Position numbers and translations under genes: made by a program. 64,000 nt of DNA. Origin: Phallusia mammillata. Its lineage: Eukaryota. Below are positions 40,001 through 52,706 of the stretch, in pieces. The stretch is from positions 7,998,001-8,062,000 of the forward strand of contig OZ281495.1 in assembly GCA_965637545.1 (NCBI GenBank), given 5' to 3'. Each line of letters opens with the position of its first letter. Within the stretch, counting starts at the first letter, position 1. The notes beneath the pieces were generated by a model. The model searched no databases. It was not told where the DNA came from and saw nothing but the letters and a program-made list of their open reading frames with translations.

Positions 40001-40425
40001 CAGTTACTGTTCGTCATTTTGTTAAATCTGACAACATAATACAAGCAAATTGTTTCAGGATTGCTTTAATTCCGGCAATTTTTAGTTTTTATCAAAATAA
40101 ACTTAACTTCCAATGTTCAAATATTTAGCAAATAATTTTTTTCATACAACCCTAAAGTTTGGCTGAAAAATTGGATTCAGCGTTGCCGAACCCCAGGGGT
40201 TCGATCAAAACCCGGTTTAGAACCACTGTTATAGAACTACGCCACATTGTTTTAACATATTACATGTTCAGCTTACCTGTGTTATCAGGTGACGTTTGGT
40301 CGCTGGGAAGCGCCACTATGACTTCGACGGAGCCCTTCCAGGTTGTGTTCGAGGGAATAAGGGGCACAGATTACCAAGGTGACATAGTGATTGATGACGT
40401 ATCAATCAGGCTTTGTAACTGTTGA
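34061..40425 (+). CDS. Gene C: apparently intact type II membrane protein, TM + short coiled-coil + MAM domain (~347 aa)
   Basis: Exons 34061-34115, 34658-34818 ([25 protein letters not shown]), 34990-35023, 35289-35372, 35660-35743, 36014-36097, 36615-36668, MAM 37329-37478, 37758-37841, 39130-39161, 39559-39643, 40289-40425. Total 1044 nt, open frame. AATAAA at 40653. Confidence 0.88.
38342..38984. mobile_element. Degenerate hAT-type MITE
   Basis: CAGTGATTTTCGACC..AAAAAGCTTGGGAAGCCGTG termini resembling other local CAGTGGTT/AACCACTG elements. Confidence 0.4.
39858..40228. mobile_element. hAT-type MITE
   Basis: TAGTGGTTCTTAACC / GGTTTAGAACCACTG termini; imperfect 8-bp TSD ctatataa/ttatagaa. 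Confidence 0.7.
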
Positions 40426-42120
40426 ATCAGTTGCATTTGACGGCATACAGATGTTTTTTTTAATTTGATGCCTGAGGACACATTTTGTCACAGTTTTGTT
40501 GTTTTTGCAAACATGTGGTTCCATATTTAAACACTGATAGCCGAATGACTACATAATTGAAAATGTACAGTCATTAGGCTATCAGTGTTTAGCCTATGAC
40601 TACATAGGCTTTGTTTTACCAAACACAAACTATAATTTTACCTTTTTCGTGTAATAAATTTTCATAAACAATGCTCTGTCCAAAGATAATCCCGCTTTAT
40701 AGTGCATATATCATTTCTTTTAATGTCTTTTAACGCAATATCAACATTGTGTGGTGAATTGCATCGAATGTATTAAAATGTTCAATGTGAACCAATGTAA
40801 ATGTGTGCGTGCATTTAAGTATAACTAAACAGTATAACAAATATAGATGATTGTTTAAGCTTATTTAGAAAGAAAGAAAGAAACCAAGGAATATGTATAG
40901 TGGTTTCCAAGCTTATAGGCTGTAACAAAAGCACAGGTTTCGCAATCGTCTTCTATTCTACCACTTCTCGCATCCTTTCAAGTCGCTTCTTTTACCAACA
41001 ATATTTTTTGTCGGACATTCGTTTTGTCACTTAAATTCACGACAAAAACATGAAACTTTGACGAATGTGCGGTGTTTGTGTAAATAGAAAAACATTTTAT
41101 GAAAACCGAAACGCTGCGAGAAAGATCAAGCAAAGACGATGAGATCGTAATTGAAGCAGATATTCTATTCGAATAAGGTGCTAATGAAGTTAAACTCGTT
41201 TTGGTGAAGTATACACTTGGTTATAAAAAATGTGTTGAAAGTGATTCTGTTTGGCCCGAAAAAACTATTTAAGAAGCTTATCTGTGGTACAGAATTTGCG
41301 TAAATAAAAATCTGGCTGATATCTGCAAAAGTAAAAGCAAAACAAATTATTTCGCCATGGAAAGGAATATTTCTTAAAAGTGCAGTGCATGGAATACGGC
41401 TAAAATACTAATTTTCATACAATTAGCTATAGTGACGTGCAACATCATCCGAATGTTGCACGTCACTATAGCTAATTACACATCATCCGAACATTAGTGA
41501 GACAACAAGTGAGACACATTTACGTGTTATGTCTGATTCATTCATCCAAAACAAATAAAGATAAACAGTCGATAATACATGCAAACTATATGACTCATTG
41601 CACTTTTGCAAATGGTTGTGTTGCAACAATATTTGGGTACACAAAAAATGTTCTAAACCGATCATCGTTCGTTAGTTTTTACACGTTTAAACTGCAGTTT
41701 TAGGCACTGTGTTTGTGCGAGTTTCGTTCCCGTTAACGCGCTATGGTAACAATTGTGTTGGGTAGTGTGTCACATTACCCTTATTACAAGTTATATATGC
41801 GCCTTGAACAACAATCAATTCACACAAAATATTGGTTAGAATTTAGTAACTTTGTTTAAATGTGTGATTAGTTACATCAATGACAATATTGTTTTTTGCT
41901 CACTACTGTATAAACAAAGTTAAACCACTTTTTAATAACAAAATATAGTTAAATTTATTGATATTAGGCAAGTAACTTCCTCAAGCAGTTGGCTTTAAAG
42001 CAAAGATTCAACATTTCTTTATGTACTTACCTTTACATGCCTGTTTACACAAAAACAATATGATGTTTTCTGGTAGGAAAATAATAAATAAGAGTTTTTT
42101 ATAAGACATACTTGTTGCAG

Positions 42121-42558
42121 TGCGTCTGATCGACCTTGGATGCTGGAAAGACAATTCTACTTTTTTCGCAATCCCCAGTTTAGAACACGACACTCTCTTG
42201 CCTTTTGAAGCCTACGGGTTGCGCAAGGCACCCATTGCAAACTGCGTCAACGCCACCTGTAAGAATAGATAGCAAGTTCTAGTTTTTGCAAAACAGTGGA
42301 CGCTGCCACAGTTCTGCTAACGCCAACGAAACTTACCAACAACGCGGTCGTGCATCAACATGTGCATATCAGGGAAACGTTTTAGTCAACTGGGTTTATC
42401 AAATAAAAATTGACCCCAAGAAAAAAGTTGCCAGGCCCATAATAAAGTATAAGTTACGACGAAAGCAAAACATTAACTGCCAAAAAGCTAGTGATATCAT
42501 TAAAACGCCTTTCCAAAATAGCCTCAAAACCGCCGAGAAGATAAATCTAAAAACATAA
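42121..42558 (+). pseudogene. WSC-like gene relic 2, second copy
   Basis: RLIDLGCWKDNSTFFAIPSLE..CVNATCKNR*QVLVLQNSGRCHSS..; in-frame TAG at ~42270. Confidence 0.65.
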
Positions 42559-44625
42559 GCCCAAAACGATCTCCATTTTATCTCAAATTAATGTGTCTGT
42601 AAAATGGTTCACTAATAAGATATTCGACAACCCGCCAAAAACCACAATAGTTTAAAAAACACTAAAAACAGCATTTTGATGTCGAAAAAGAAGGATATTT
42701 GGGCAACATAATCACCCACCCTGTACATACAAATAAGTGAATATAATGCACTAAATTGGACAAGCAATACAATGGTGTTTTTTGTTGCTAATGAATTGGT
42801 AATCATATTCGTCTTTTCAGATGTAAAGTTGATGACAGTAAGCTATTGGAGTGTAGTTTAAATTTCAGCAACGTATCACTGTTTGGAAAAACAGCAAAAC
42901 CCAACAGCTTTGCCGTGAGCGGAGTGTTTTGAAATGTATATTATTTTTCAATCGTATGTTACTGGGTGAAGACTTCTGCAATGCGGGATTACAATGCTTG
43001 TCATTTCCAATCTATGAAAACACAGACGCTATAAATAACATGCAGAGTAACTGCAAAACCGAATATTGAATAAAATCACAAAACTTTGAAATTTAGCATT
43101 CAACATTTTGGTGTTTGCAAAAAGCTTAGAGACAACGTTCGAAAAATAGAACAATTAAATGTTGTTTCACCTGTCACTAAATTCTTTCATGTTATTGCAC
43201 AATTAGCTGGGCTTTCGAAATTAAAAAAAGCTCTTTTCATGTGCAAACATTCAACAGACATTGCATTGTACACCAATAATAAACACACTTGCAGTGAATT
43301 ACAAAAACAGCATTTGCTTTAAAAGTGTACCAATATTTAAATTCCTATATAAAAGCAACTTTTGAACAGAGTGGATGTATATGCTGACAATAATAAAACT
43401 GGCACATACAGTGTGGAAATTATCCTTCACACGGGCGAGGTGCAAAGTCTGCAAACGATTGCAGCGTGACTCACTGTTAGCTATGACGTTATATGTTCGT
43501 TTCGTAACTTTACAGCAGGGTTCAATTTAAACTATAGCGGGGATATACCACAAATGATTGATAAAATATTACGTTACAATTTTCATTACGTACATTTGTT
43601 CCCAGTACCAAAGCCAAATATTTTTAACGATAAACTATTTATGTTGAACGTTTTATATTGCTAAATATTTTATGCTCGGTAAATTAACGTTTGGAAGCCG
43701 GTAAGTCGGTATAAAAAGGCTGATAAAAGCTTAACAACCCATGTTCGGGAAAAAGTGTCAAGCCTCTAAATAGTGCCGAGCTTACATTCGAGCTTAGATG
43801 CAAACTTCTGTAAAATGGATTTGGTCCAATTAAGAGAACCACGATGATTGACAAATAATTGCAGCCATGCTTCAACGAAAAAAAAAACGCAGCAAAGCGT
43901 CAATTAAGTTCAGAATGATAAGAGATTCATACACAGTTTTTCGTCCTTGTGAAACCAGGAAAGCCATTGACGGAGCTGTAAGAGTAAATTGGAGTAAAAC
44001 TTTATCCACAAAAACTTCGATTCGTAACAGTTGGACTACTTAAACCCAATATACAGTAAACACCTGTGACAGAACGAACGCTAAACAAAATTAAAGACTC
44101 TAACGATTATTCTGCACAAGCAGCCTTGTATCGGTAAAAACCTATTGTTGGTGAATTAAATTTTGAAAGTGGACTTAAAGGACTTTTTGTGTGGAAAAAG
44201 AGATTGATATCATAATAGGCCAATCCAATCCCGCTTCTAAACTTTTATTTAAGGCAACTGGACACACTAGCGAGCAATGACGACATAACGAACAATGTAT
44301 TGTGATCAGAAAGGATGAAAATGATGCGTATTCCTGACCTAAAACATCGGTTGCAACTGGTGACATTTAAAATTGTTTATAGTTGTTACCTACGTCATTA
44401 GTGATGTTTGTGTAAAATGAACATTTAAACTGCGAATGAATTAAATGTGAAACAACAACTGACTCATGCGTAAACTCGGTTTCAGGTGACCCGGTATGAC
44501 TAAGCGTTATTTTATTGCCTTTTGTAATACATCTGTGGAATCAGCTGCCGTTCATTTGCAGTGAGCTGTTGTGTGAAGTTGAAACATTTGAAAACAGTTA
44601 AATTTCATTGAAAAAATTAGCAACA

Positions 44626-45746
44626 ATGTTAATTTAGTGTACTATTTCTATGGCGGTCTCATTTCAAATGACCAATCCAAGTTTTAAAGACTATTAAGTC
44701 GGTAGGTGTATGTCGATAGATAAATACTACAACAGGGTTCGGCAACCTTTTAGGCGACGCGTGCCAATTTACTTGTTATTTCCATGTGTGAATGACCTCG
44801 CGTGCCAACATTTTTCCAAATAATAGTGGTTCGTGCCAGCAGATATCAATAATAAAGAAAAAGCAGAGTGTTTCGTGCATGAAAGGCTGAATTTCAAAAC
44901 AATGACATGATAAAAACCGAAAATAGCAGTGTAACAGGTAAATTGTTACTTTAATATAAAACGAAAATCGGTTGGCGTGCCATGAAAAACCACCTCGCGT
45001 GCCAACCTTGTCACGCATGCCAGGGGTTGCCGACCCCTGTACTACAATGTCTTGTTTTTTTTAGTTTAATCAGATTGTTAATGGACAACAACTTTAGCGT
45101 GGTTAGTACGGCTTTTGAATTTCTGCTGTATAAGATCGTCTCTTCTTTTATAAAGGTTTAGTGATATTAAACTCTTCCGTGAGAAAACTCCAGTGATAGA
45201 AATCAGTTCATTTTATTGCCTAAACTGTTGTGACTTTAAAAAAGGTAAAGTCATATGCCTTCCTTTTCAGCTGCATACGAAGATCTTGGATGCTGGGCGG
45301 ATAAACGTAGAATTAATGCGATAGCGAACGCAGAGGACAGTCCACTGCTCAGCGAAGAAAACTATAAAGGACGGGAACTGGCGATCAGCAAATGCGCAAG
45401 AGTAGCAGCTAATACCTCAAGCACAATATCAGTACAGTCGTGGTTTCAAGATCGTAGCTATACATTGCCGTTTATCTCAACATAGTTGTTCAGAAAACTC
45501 GTGGTATTTATTTAAGCAGCAGGATATGTCACCTTTGTTTGTTGTGCAGAAAAGTGGAAATTGCTCGACTTCTTGCAATGCTGGTTTAAGATACCAAAAG
45601 TAAAGAGCATCCAAAGACTGCAGGATGGAGGAGAATGTTTTGGTGGAAATAATGAAAGCTACAAAATGTATAGAAGTTGCCAAATCAAGATCGTCGAAGA
45701 AGAATTCTTCAGCTCTGGAGTAAAATCAAAACTACTGGTAAATTAG
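44626..45746 (+). pseudogene. Secreted WSC-like gene relic 3, second copy
   Basis: Signal exon at 44626 contains stops; exon from 45270 (AAYEDLGCWADKRRINAIANAE..) has lost its donor by deletion; next exon at 45624 reads DGGECFGGNNESYKMY. Confidence 0.65.
44733..45039. mobile_element. hAT-type MITE
   Basis: CAGGGTTCGGCAACC / GGTTGCCGACCCCTG termini; perfect TSD tactacaa; empty site at ~12446. Confidence 0.9.
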
Positions 45747-47546
45747 AACAACTGGTATAGACAAAACATAAAAACTTTGAAACATTTGATAACATCAAAA
45801 CTGTCGTTGTTATTCTTCGGCGGCTGGCCTATTCTATCAAACGTCTTAAATAAGAATGGCGTATACCTATGATATTCAGTGTATCGTGATCGCTGGTTTG
45901 CATGGACGCTTCAGAGCTGACACAAAGTAATGAATGCTATGTTCTTTCTTAGCTTAAAGCATTTTAAGCTTACTCGAATAAATATTAAAGTTTTGAACTT
46001 TACGCAAGTGATTTTCCTTATGACTGAAACAATAAAACTTGTTAAATTTTGCTGCATCGAGCTGAAAACCAAAGTGTTTTTTCTTAATGTTTCGCTGTCT
46101 TATTTATGTTTTACTTACTATACTGATAAGTTGTGCATGTTATCAGGACAGCGAACGTTCGGCACCTAATATCTACAAACAGAGCAACATGAAGTAACTA
46201 AACAATTTGTGAAAAGATTCTTTCAACCGACCTAAAGATAGGTGGATTGACAGAAATTGAGTTGGTAGCTCTACCAGTATTTTTTTGAGTTTGTTCGCTT
46301 AGTGGAAATAGCTGCGCAATTATGGAGGGCAAAACAGTGGAGGATACAATTGGTGGATAATGGACAAACGCGCTGCAGATATCCCGTATTATGAAGCGTT
46401 ATGTGATGAGAGCTCACTATAGTGTGAGTAAAACACGACTCGGAACGGAAACGGTGGTGGCACCCTTTCTTCCGGCGCTCGAAACTATCCGGCAGAGTTT
46501 TTTTGGTGTCTTTTCCTGTCGAACCCCACCATTCTTTCCCTAACACTGGTGGTTAGATTAGGTCCCAACCTGACTGGTTCCACCAACGTTTCACCCCCAG
46601 TCTTGATGTCCTAATGCGCCAACCTCACCCTCTGATGTGAGTCCCCGTCACATAACGTTTATAATAACGGTGTAGCTGCAATTAACGCGTTTCTAATATC
46701 TCCGTGCCTTTACTTTGTCGCGCTTTTCAACGTCTCATCGTTGCGCAGCTGTCTCCGGCAAGGTGAATATTTTAGTGCAATTGTGTTACCACGATTTTTT
46801 CACCGAGCGAAACAAACTCAACTCATTTAACTAGTCGGGTGGGCCCTAGAAACGAACCACTGGGGTCAGTGAAAAATGGCGTGGTTTTATGCAGAAAACG
46901 TAGCTTATTAATTGACATCTGAAGAGAAATAATATCTCGAAAAACAATTCTTGAATACGAAGCCCACTTAATTAAATTGACTATGAACACCAAAACAACA
47001 GAAGCACAACCATGACCTTGTTTACCAATAGTTCCAGAAGGTTAATAGTTCGCTTCTTTTATAACCCGAAACCTAACAAATTCAGGGATTGTGACAAGTT
47101 TATTTAAAAGCGTAAACTTTTCAACTGCGATACAATTGATAATAGTTTTACAAAATTCTGACTAACACGTGAGCCCGGTTTTAGGTGCAACAGTAAAAAA
47201 AATATGACGTAACCTGTTTGGAACGTGGTGTCGGCACTTGTATGTTTGAATTTATACGTTTATTTGACTTTTGTAAGTCGTAACGTTCGAACGCGTTGCT
47301 ATAAAGATGGAATTTGCGACAACGATAATATGGAGCGTGATATCTATTGCAGTGTTGTTTATAAGTAGGCTATTAATGCAAGTTTAGAAGATCTTTAGCC
47401 TATACGTTGGTAAGCAAAAGTTGAAACAAATTTGTTAAAGTATAATCATAGTTAAAAATACAAACCTGACATTTTAACATCAAAAACTGCAAATGAGCAA
47501 AGAGTTGTGTACAACGTTGATCAGTTCAAACAAAACTTTTCGACAG

Positions 47547-47673
47547 CTGCATACGATAATCTTGGATGTTGGACGGACTACCTTAGAATTAATGCGATAG
47601 CAAACGTTAAACAGAGAAAAATACAAAAAGAGTAGCAGCTAATACTTTAAGCACATGAAATATTCGGCATGAA
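47547..47673 (+). pseudogene. Additional deleted WSC-like exon relic
   Basis: AAYDNLGCWTDYLRINAIAN after an AG acceptor; homologous to the 12650 and 45270 exons. Confidence 0.55.
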
Positions 47674-48482
47674 CCTATTGGGCAACAATTTTAGGTTTTC
47701 TAAACTTAGATTGTGTGTATTTACTGGTTTAATTGATAGATTTTCATAGTAAGCATTCGGTACATATCTTATCAGTTAAGCTTCCAACTTTTAAAAAAAG
47801 CAGTATAGTGCAATAATCCAAAATATTAGGCTTCCTAAAATTAGGGCAAATAGCCTAATTTCAGCCAAAGTTTTAAAATAGGGGGCAAAAGTTGGAACAG
47901 AACAGTATTGCTAATGCAAGGAAACTCGTTCATGACAATACAAAACGTCTTACTAGCAATCAAAACTTTTATGGGCGCATTTTTTGGAAAGTTTTGGCTA
48001 AACCGAAACATCGCCAATTGAAAGTAGCTAAAAATGTTTTTTTTGAAACTTTGGTACATTACTGGTCACAACCAAAGTCTGTATAAAACACAAGTTGTCT
48101 AACCCTTAGATTGGGAAGAGCCAAGAGTTATTCCAGATTGATTTCAAAATGTTTCGAAGGAAAAGGTGAAGGTGTAAAGGGCAAATAGGACATCGCGCTG
48201 GAATACCAAGTCGGTGCGACGGTGATTTCAACACAATAAAATATTAAAACAATAAAATAAAGTAGTTTTAAAAATATAACGGCAATTACAGCAAGCACAA
48301 AGCAGACAAGAAAAACTAAAAGAGAACCACAAAGGTGAAACGAAAGATAAATGAATCACATCTAGTGACGAAGCAATCACAGAAGCAGTGACAGAACACT
48401 GCAAATGAGTAACACTATTTGCAACAAGTGCTATATTTCGGACACATTGAGTCATAAGCTTTACAAACAACTGCTAAAGACA

Positions 48483-50664
48483 ATGAATACACAGAACCGT
48501 GATCTGCCTGGAATGAAAATGGAACAAAATAACTATGGTATGTAGGATTTGTTTTGTTTAAGTTGAAGATAAATCTTAAATTTCAAAATCTTGGCTGGAT
48601 GCGGGCTTGACCTAAATATTTTTGTTTGCCCTGAGACGATGTTAACCCGAATCAGATCAACTTCTGGTTTGCAGCGAGTTATGTTTAAGGGCAACTTTAC
48701 GAAAAAAAATCAAGCCGAGCTTTTTTTATTAATTACAATTGAGACAGTTACAAGCCCAAGTTCCAACTTTTGCGCATTTTCTACATACTTGTAATTTATT
48801 CCAATATGTGTGTACACCCGGTGTGTGGTTTAATTTGTTGCGTACAGTCTGACAACCCGGAGATTTTTTGTATATGTGCGTGTAAAGTGACAAAATTTAC
48901 GTTAACTGAACATACGACTAGTGTTCGGCCTTATTCAGGGAAAAATATTCAGGTTTAGAATAGGTTTTCTACATGTACTTTCGGATTCGACTGAAAATTT
49001 GCATTATTGTGTGTAAGTTTTCTAAGCTTCCGTACTTTTGAGAGCGTTTATTCAGAGCTGTTTTTGTTGCAATATTATGAACCACCCTCGAAACCTTGCA
49101 TTTTTGTGTCCCTTTCTCCTAACTCTTGTGTCTTTCGAAACGTATCACCAATGCTAGTTTTATCCAACCAGCAATTAAGTTACATTGTGTGTATCTTTCT
49201 ATTGATATTGGTTATCTCTAGCTGCATAACAATATGATGCAATAGATAATATGCCGATGTAACGCACTTGCTCAATGTTGACATCACTAAAAAAAAAAGA
49301 AATTTAGTTTACAAGGTTTTAAACATATCAAGTCACATAAACTTCTCATGTTGTAATATTTTTTACTTTGTTTTGTACTTTGCAGAAACGTTTCAAGGCA
49401 CCCCTGCAGTGAAAAATAACGAAAAACTTGAAAAGATGATGATTGAAACACAAAAAAAAACACAACTCTTCATTTCTCGGTACGACTACGCAACAGAAAG
49501 TCTTCTCCGCGTTAATGTTTTAAACACATCGGTTTCAGGTCATAATCAAACTATTGTCGTGTATCCACATTTTAACCTTGCTTTCTTTTAATCAGCAATA
49601 AGCGCAAATTATTCGAGTCGTCTCACCGCAGCAAACAACAACATCGAAAATATTCAAACAGCATTGGCAGCTTTGGAAGGTAAAATTTAGTCTCGTTATT
49701 AATGTACCGTTTTAGGCTCTGGGGCGATCCTACGAAACTTATATAAGTTTATCTTGCGAAACTTTAATTTTAAACATTTTCGATACTTACCTAATTTATG
49801 TTTAGTCGAGTCTGTTGTACAACTTGCTGGGGGGGTATTTTTGAAAGGAGTTGATTAACAATTGTTGAGTTCGTTTTAAAGCAGAACAAATTTGAAATGT
49901 GCTTGAAAGCTAAGTTTCGCGTTAAAGTTCAAACAATAACTGATTGGAAATATAAAAAAAAGATTGCTTTGCAATTGAGCGAGAAAATCGAGGTGTTAAG
50001 AGGAACTAATCGATTGTACAATTGCCTATAGATATCATGGATTTTAGGTTGTGGAATAGTTACAGACTTGTAACTTAAAATTTCATACTTTTTCTAAAAC
50101 AGTTTGTTAGGACATTTAAAAGGAAATACTTTGAGTTTTTTGGTAAAAGTTTGGAAATTTCAAATCCTAGGTCAACTGGAGAGAAATCTAAGTTCACTGT
50201 TCAGCAGTTTGAAATCATTAGATTGCAAATTAAGATCTTTTACAAACATTATGCAACAACAACTATCATAATGTTTAAAAGAAATATTATGCCATTGAAG
50301 TTCTGTCTGCAACAAGTAGACAGCTAAAAAGGCCTTTTTTTAAGGGACGGTTTGTATGGTTACAAGTTTGAATACAAACCTACGTTCCAAATGATATTGT
50401 GGTACAAGAAATACAGCATAAAGTGATAACCTTGCCCAAAATTCGTTGCTATTTAAGTCACTAGTTTTTGTCAGATGTAACACTCAAGGCAAGGGTAAAC
50501 AGCAAACACTGGTTTGCGTTTAGCCATAACCTAAGGGACATAATGATTAATAAAAAAAAATGCTGATGATTTGAGCGCACATTTTACTTGGACAAAGCAT
50601 TCCGGGTCTACGCGTTCACGTGGTACAGGTGCAAGTGCAGATCATACACTGGGAACTACTAAAG
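48483..50664 (+). pseudogene. Gene E: deleted C-type receptor remnant lacking the TM
   Basis: Exon 1 48483-48537 intact; exon 2 49386-49479 is 67 nt shorter and lacks the TM; stalk exon 49596-49679; 5'-truncated MAM exon 50563-50664; no further MAM exons. Confidence 0.8.
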
Positions 50665-52483
50665 GTAAGTACTCAAGTATCTTGCAAGAAAAAAGGGAGA
50701 ATTAATCAACAGAACTAAAAAGTGCCATACAACTTTTATATTCGTGCCAATCTAACTCCTTAAAAACACACTTAAACTTGACATCATCACATTTGTACGT
50801 CGGAAACCACAACGATACATAGTAACGACCCCTTGGTATCTATAACTACCAGTCTCCATATGAGCCTTTTGTGCTTTGGAACGTAACATGTCCTCACAAG
50901 AATGCAGACACACGGTCATTAATTCTGATATTATTGTTTTAAGTTGTTGTTTCTTGAAACGCGAGTCGCCACAGAAAGTTGTGTTGAATATTTTAAGTTT
51001 TTGTGGGTCACCTGTAATCGTAATTTGTAAAGCTGTTTCAAATTTGGTTCTTAATTATCGTAAAAAATGTTACGTGTTTATAATCGTATTGTGGAAACCT
51101 CTTTTGCATGTTTATATCCGTGTGTAACGAAGCGGGCGTTTTGCCTTTTTTCTCGCTCTGTCGTTGTCGCCTTATAAGCGAGTTTTTCCTGTTGCGCGGT
51201 CTTCTATTATTGAACTGCTGTTAAATAAATCATCCGCTTTCGTATAAAGTTGAAAGCATTTGCGTTTTTGATTTCAGTGTTTCCAATTTTGGTTTGCTTA
51301 CAACTTTTAAAAATCGAAAAAAATGTAACTTGCCTAAACATTTAACGCATGTTTTTGACTGCACCATTTTTATTTCATTTGCAATCACGTATTTATCTTC
51401 AAAGTGTGCTGTAAATAAAGAAAAATTGCACTTTGATTTAAAACTGCAGTTTGTCAGGGAGTTACCATGGATTAAATCTAAAGCAATAGCTTCGTATACG
51501 AAACACTCATGTGTTATTGTCTTAAAGTAGGAAATTCTTAACCAGGGGTTGCATACTTGTTTCTAGTGGGTGCAAAAATGCTGAATTATTGGGATCGTTG
51601 AATAACAGGTAATTCCAAGGTAACGAATCAGTTTCACAAACAATAGCATCAAAAAGTGAACAACCATCGTTTTCAGTTTTAACTTTAACTGGTGTGTAAT
51701 AGATAAAATATAAATAGTAAAACCGCTGTACCATGTTATAGTTTTGAGAAACCTCGTATTGAATTGTGATAAACCAGCCAAGGTTTTTGTTCCATAGGTA
51801 AAGGCAAGCTCGTATTTAAGGCCCGACATCGAAATTTTAAAAGTTAAAATGTGAAATTAAAAAGTGAAAAAATAAAAGTGAAATTTTGGCGCATAGGATG
51901 ACGAGTGTGAAGCCAGGCTCATTATAAGCCCGTTCCATTCAAACTTCAGCCCGAAGCCGACAGAAAAGGGGCGGGCTAATTAAAACTTGTGCTCAATGAC
52001 GAAGAAAAGGTTTAAATGCAAAGATTCCAACAGAGCTTAACCAGTCACAATGTGTAAAAGAAAAACGACAAAAGTCAGGTCAACCTTCACTTTGTATCCA
52101 CAACTAGAATGATTGTTTCGTTCGCCTGTGACTGCAATACGACAAACATACTGTTTATTATAAGTTATACACAAAATTGCTCTTGGTTATAATTAAGTGG
52201 CAAAAACACTTTTTTTAGTTTGTTAAAATGTTGCACCTGGTAATTGAAACATAGGTGCATTTTAATAAACAAGAAAAAAGCTTTCTTTTATTTAAATTAT
52301 TAGCCGAAAATATATCAGGGTGCAAATGTTGGAAACCAATCCGTGTTATCCAAGATACCCAGTCGCTTTTTGCACTACAGCGGTTTTTTATTCCGAACAA
52401 AGATTTGTGACGGAAGTCTGACACTAACTAGCGACAGAGAGCTGAAGGCAGAAAACCCTTCGCTGAATGTAAACTCTCATCTA

Positions 52484-52593
52484 TTGCGCAAACCGTGCTT
52501 GGCTGATTGATGGGAAATCCCCTGGTGTGCAGAAATTGCCGAGTCTGCAATTGTTACAGGAAAAGAAGAAGTTTTCAGGAGTCGGTACATAAA
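52484..52593 (+). promoter_or_regulatory. Gene D promoter: C/EBP, NF-kB, ETS-like and TATA-variant motifs
   Basis: TTGCGCAA 52484-52491, GGGAAATCCC 52512-52521, CAGGAA ~52557, TACATAAA 52586-52593; ATG at 52707. Confidence 0.6.
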
Positions 52594-52706
52594 CCACAAC
52601 GCGCTGTAACTAAGTCGGAGTCGATGGTTTGTTTGGCCATAGTAATACATACTGTGAGCTATATTGATTTAAGTTAATAGCGAGCTTCAGCTGTCTGAGA
52701 TTTACA

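Larger units (their letters stand above)
37190..45597 (+). repeat. Segmental paralog of ~5490-12997 (MAM exons, 3' flank, WSC-like relics)
   Basis: Collinear similarity of exons, introns and intergenic DNA, with different TE insertions in each copy. Confidence 0.9.

Noticed and set aside
46270-46655. GC-richer segment resembling an LTR or SINE
   Set aside because: No second copy, TSD or Pol III boxes could be established
50794-51250. Possible solo LTR(s) with TG starts and short inverted ends
   Set aside because: Boundaries and TSD could not be demonstrated by eye
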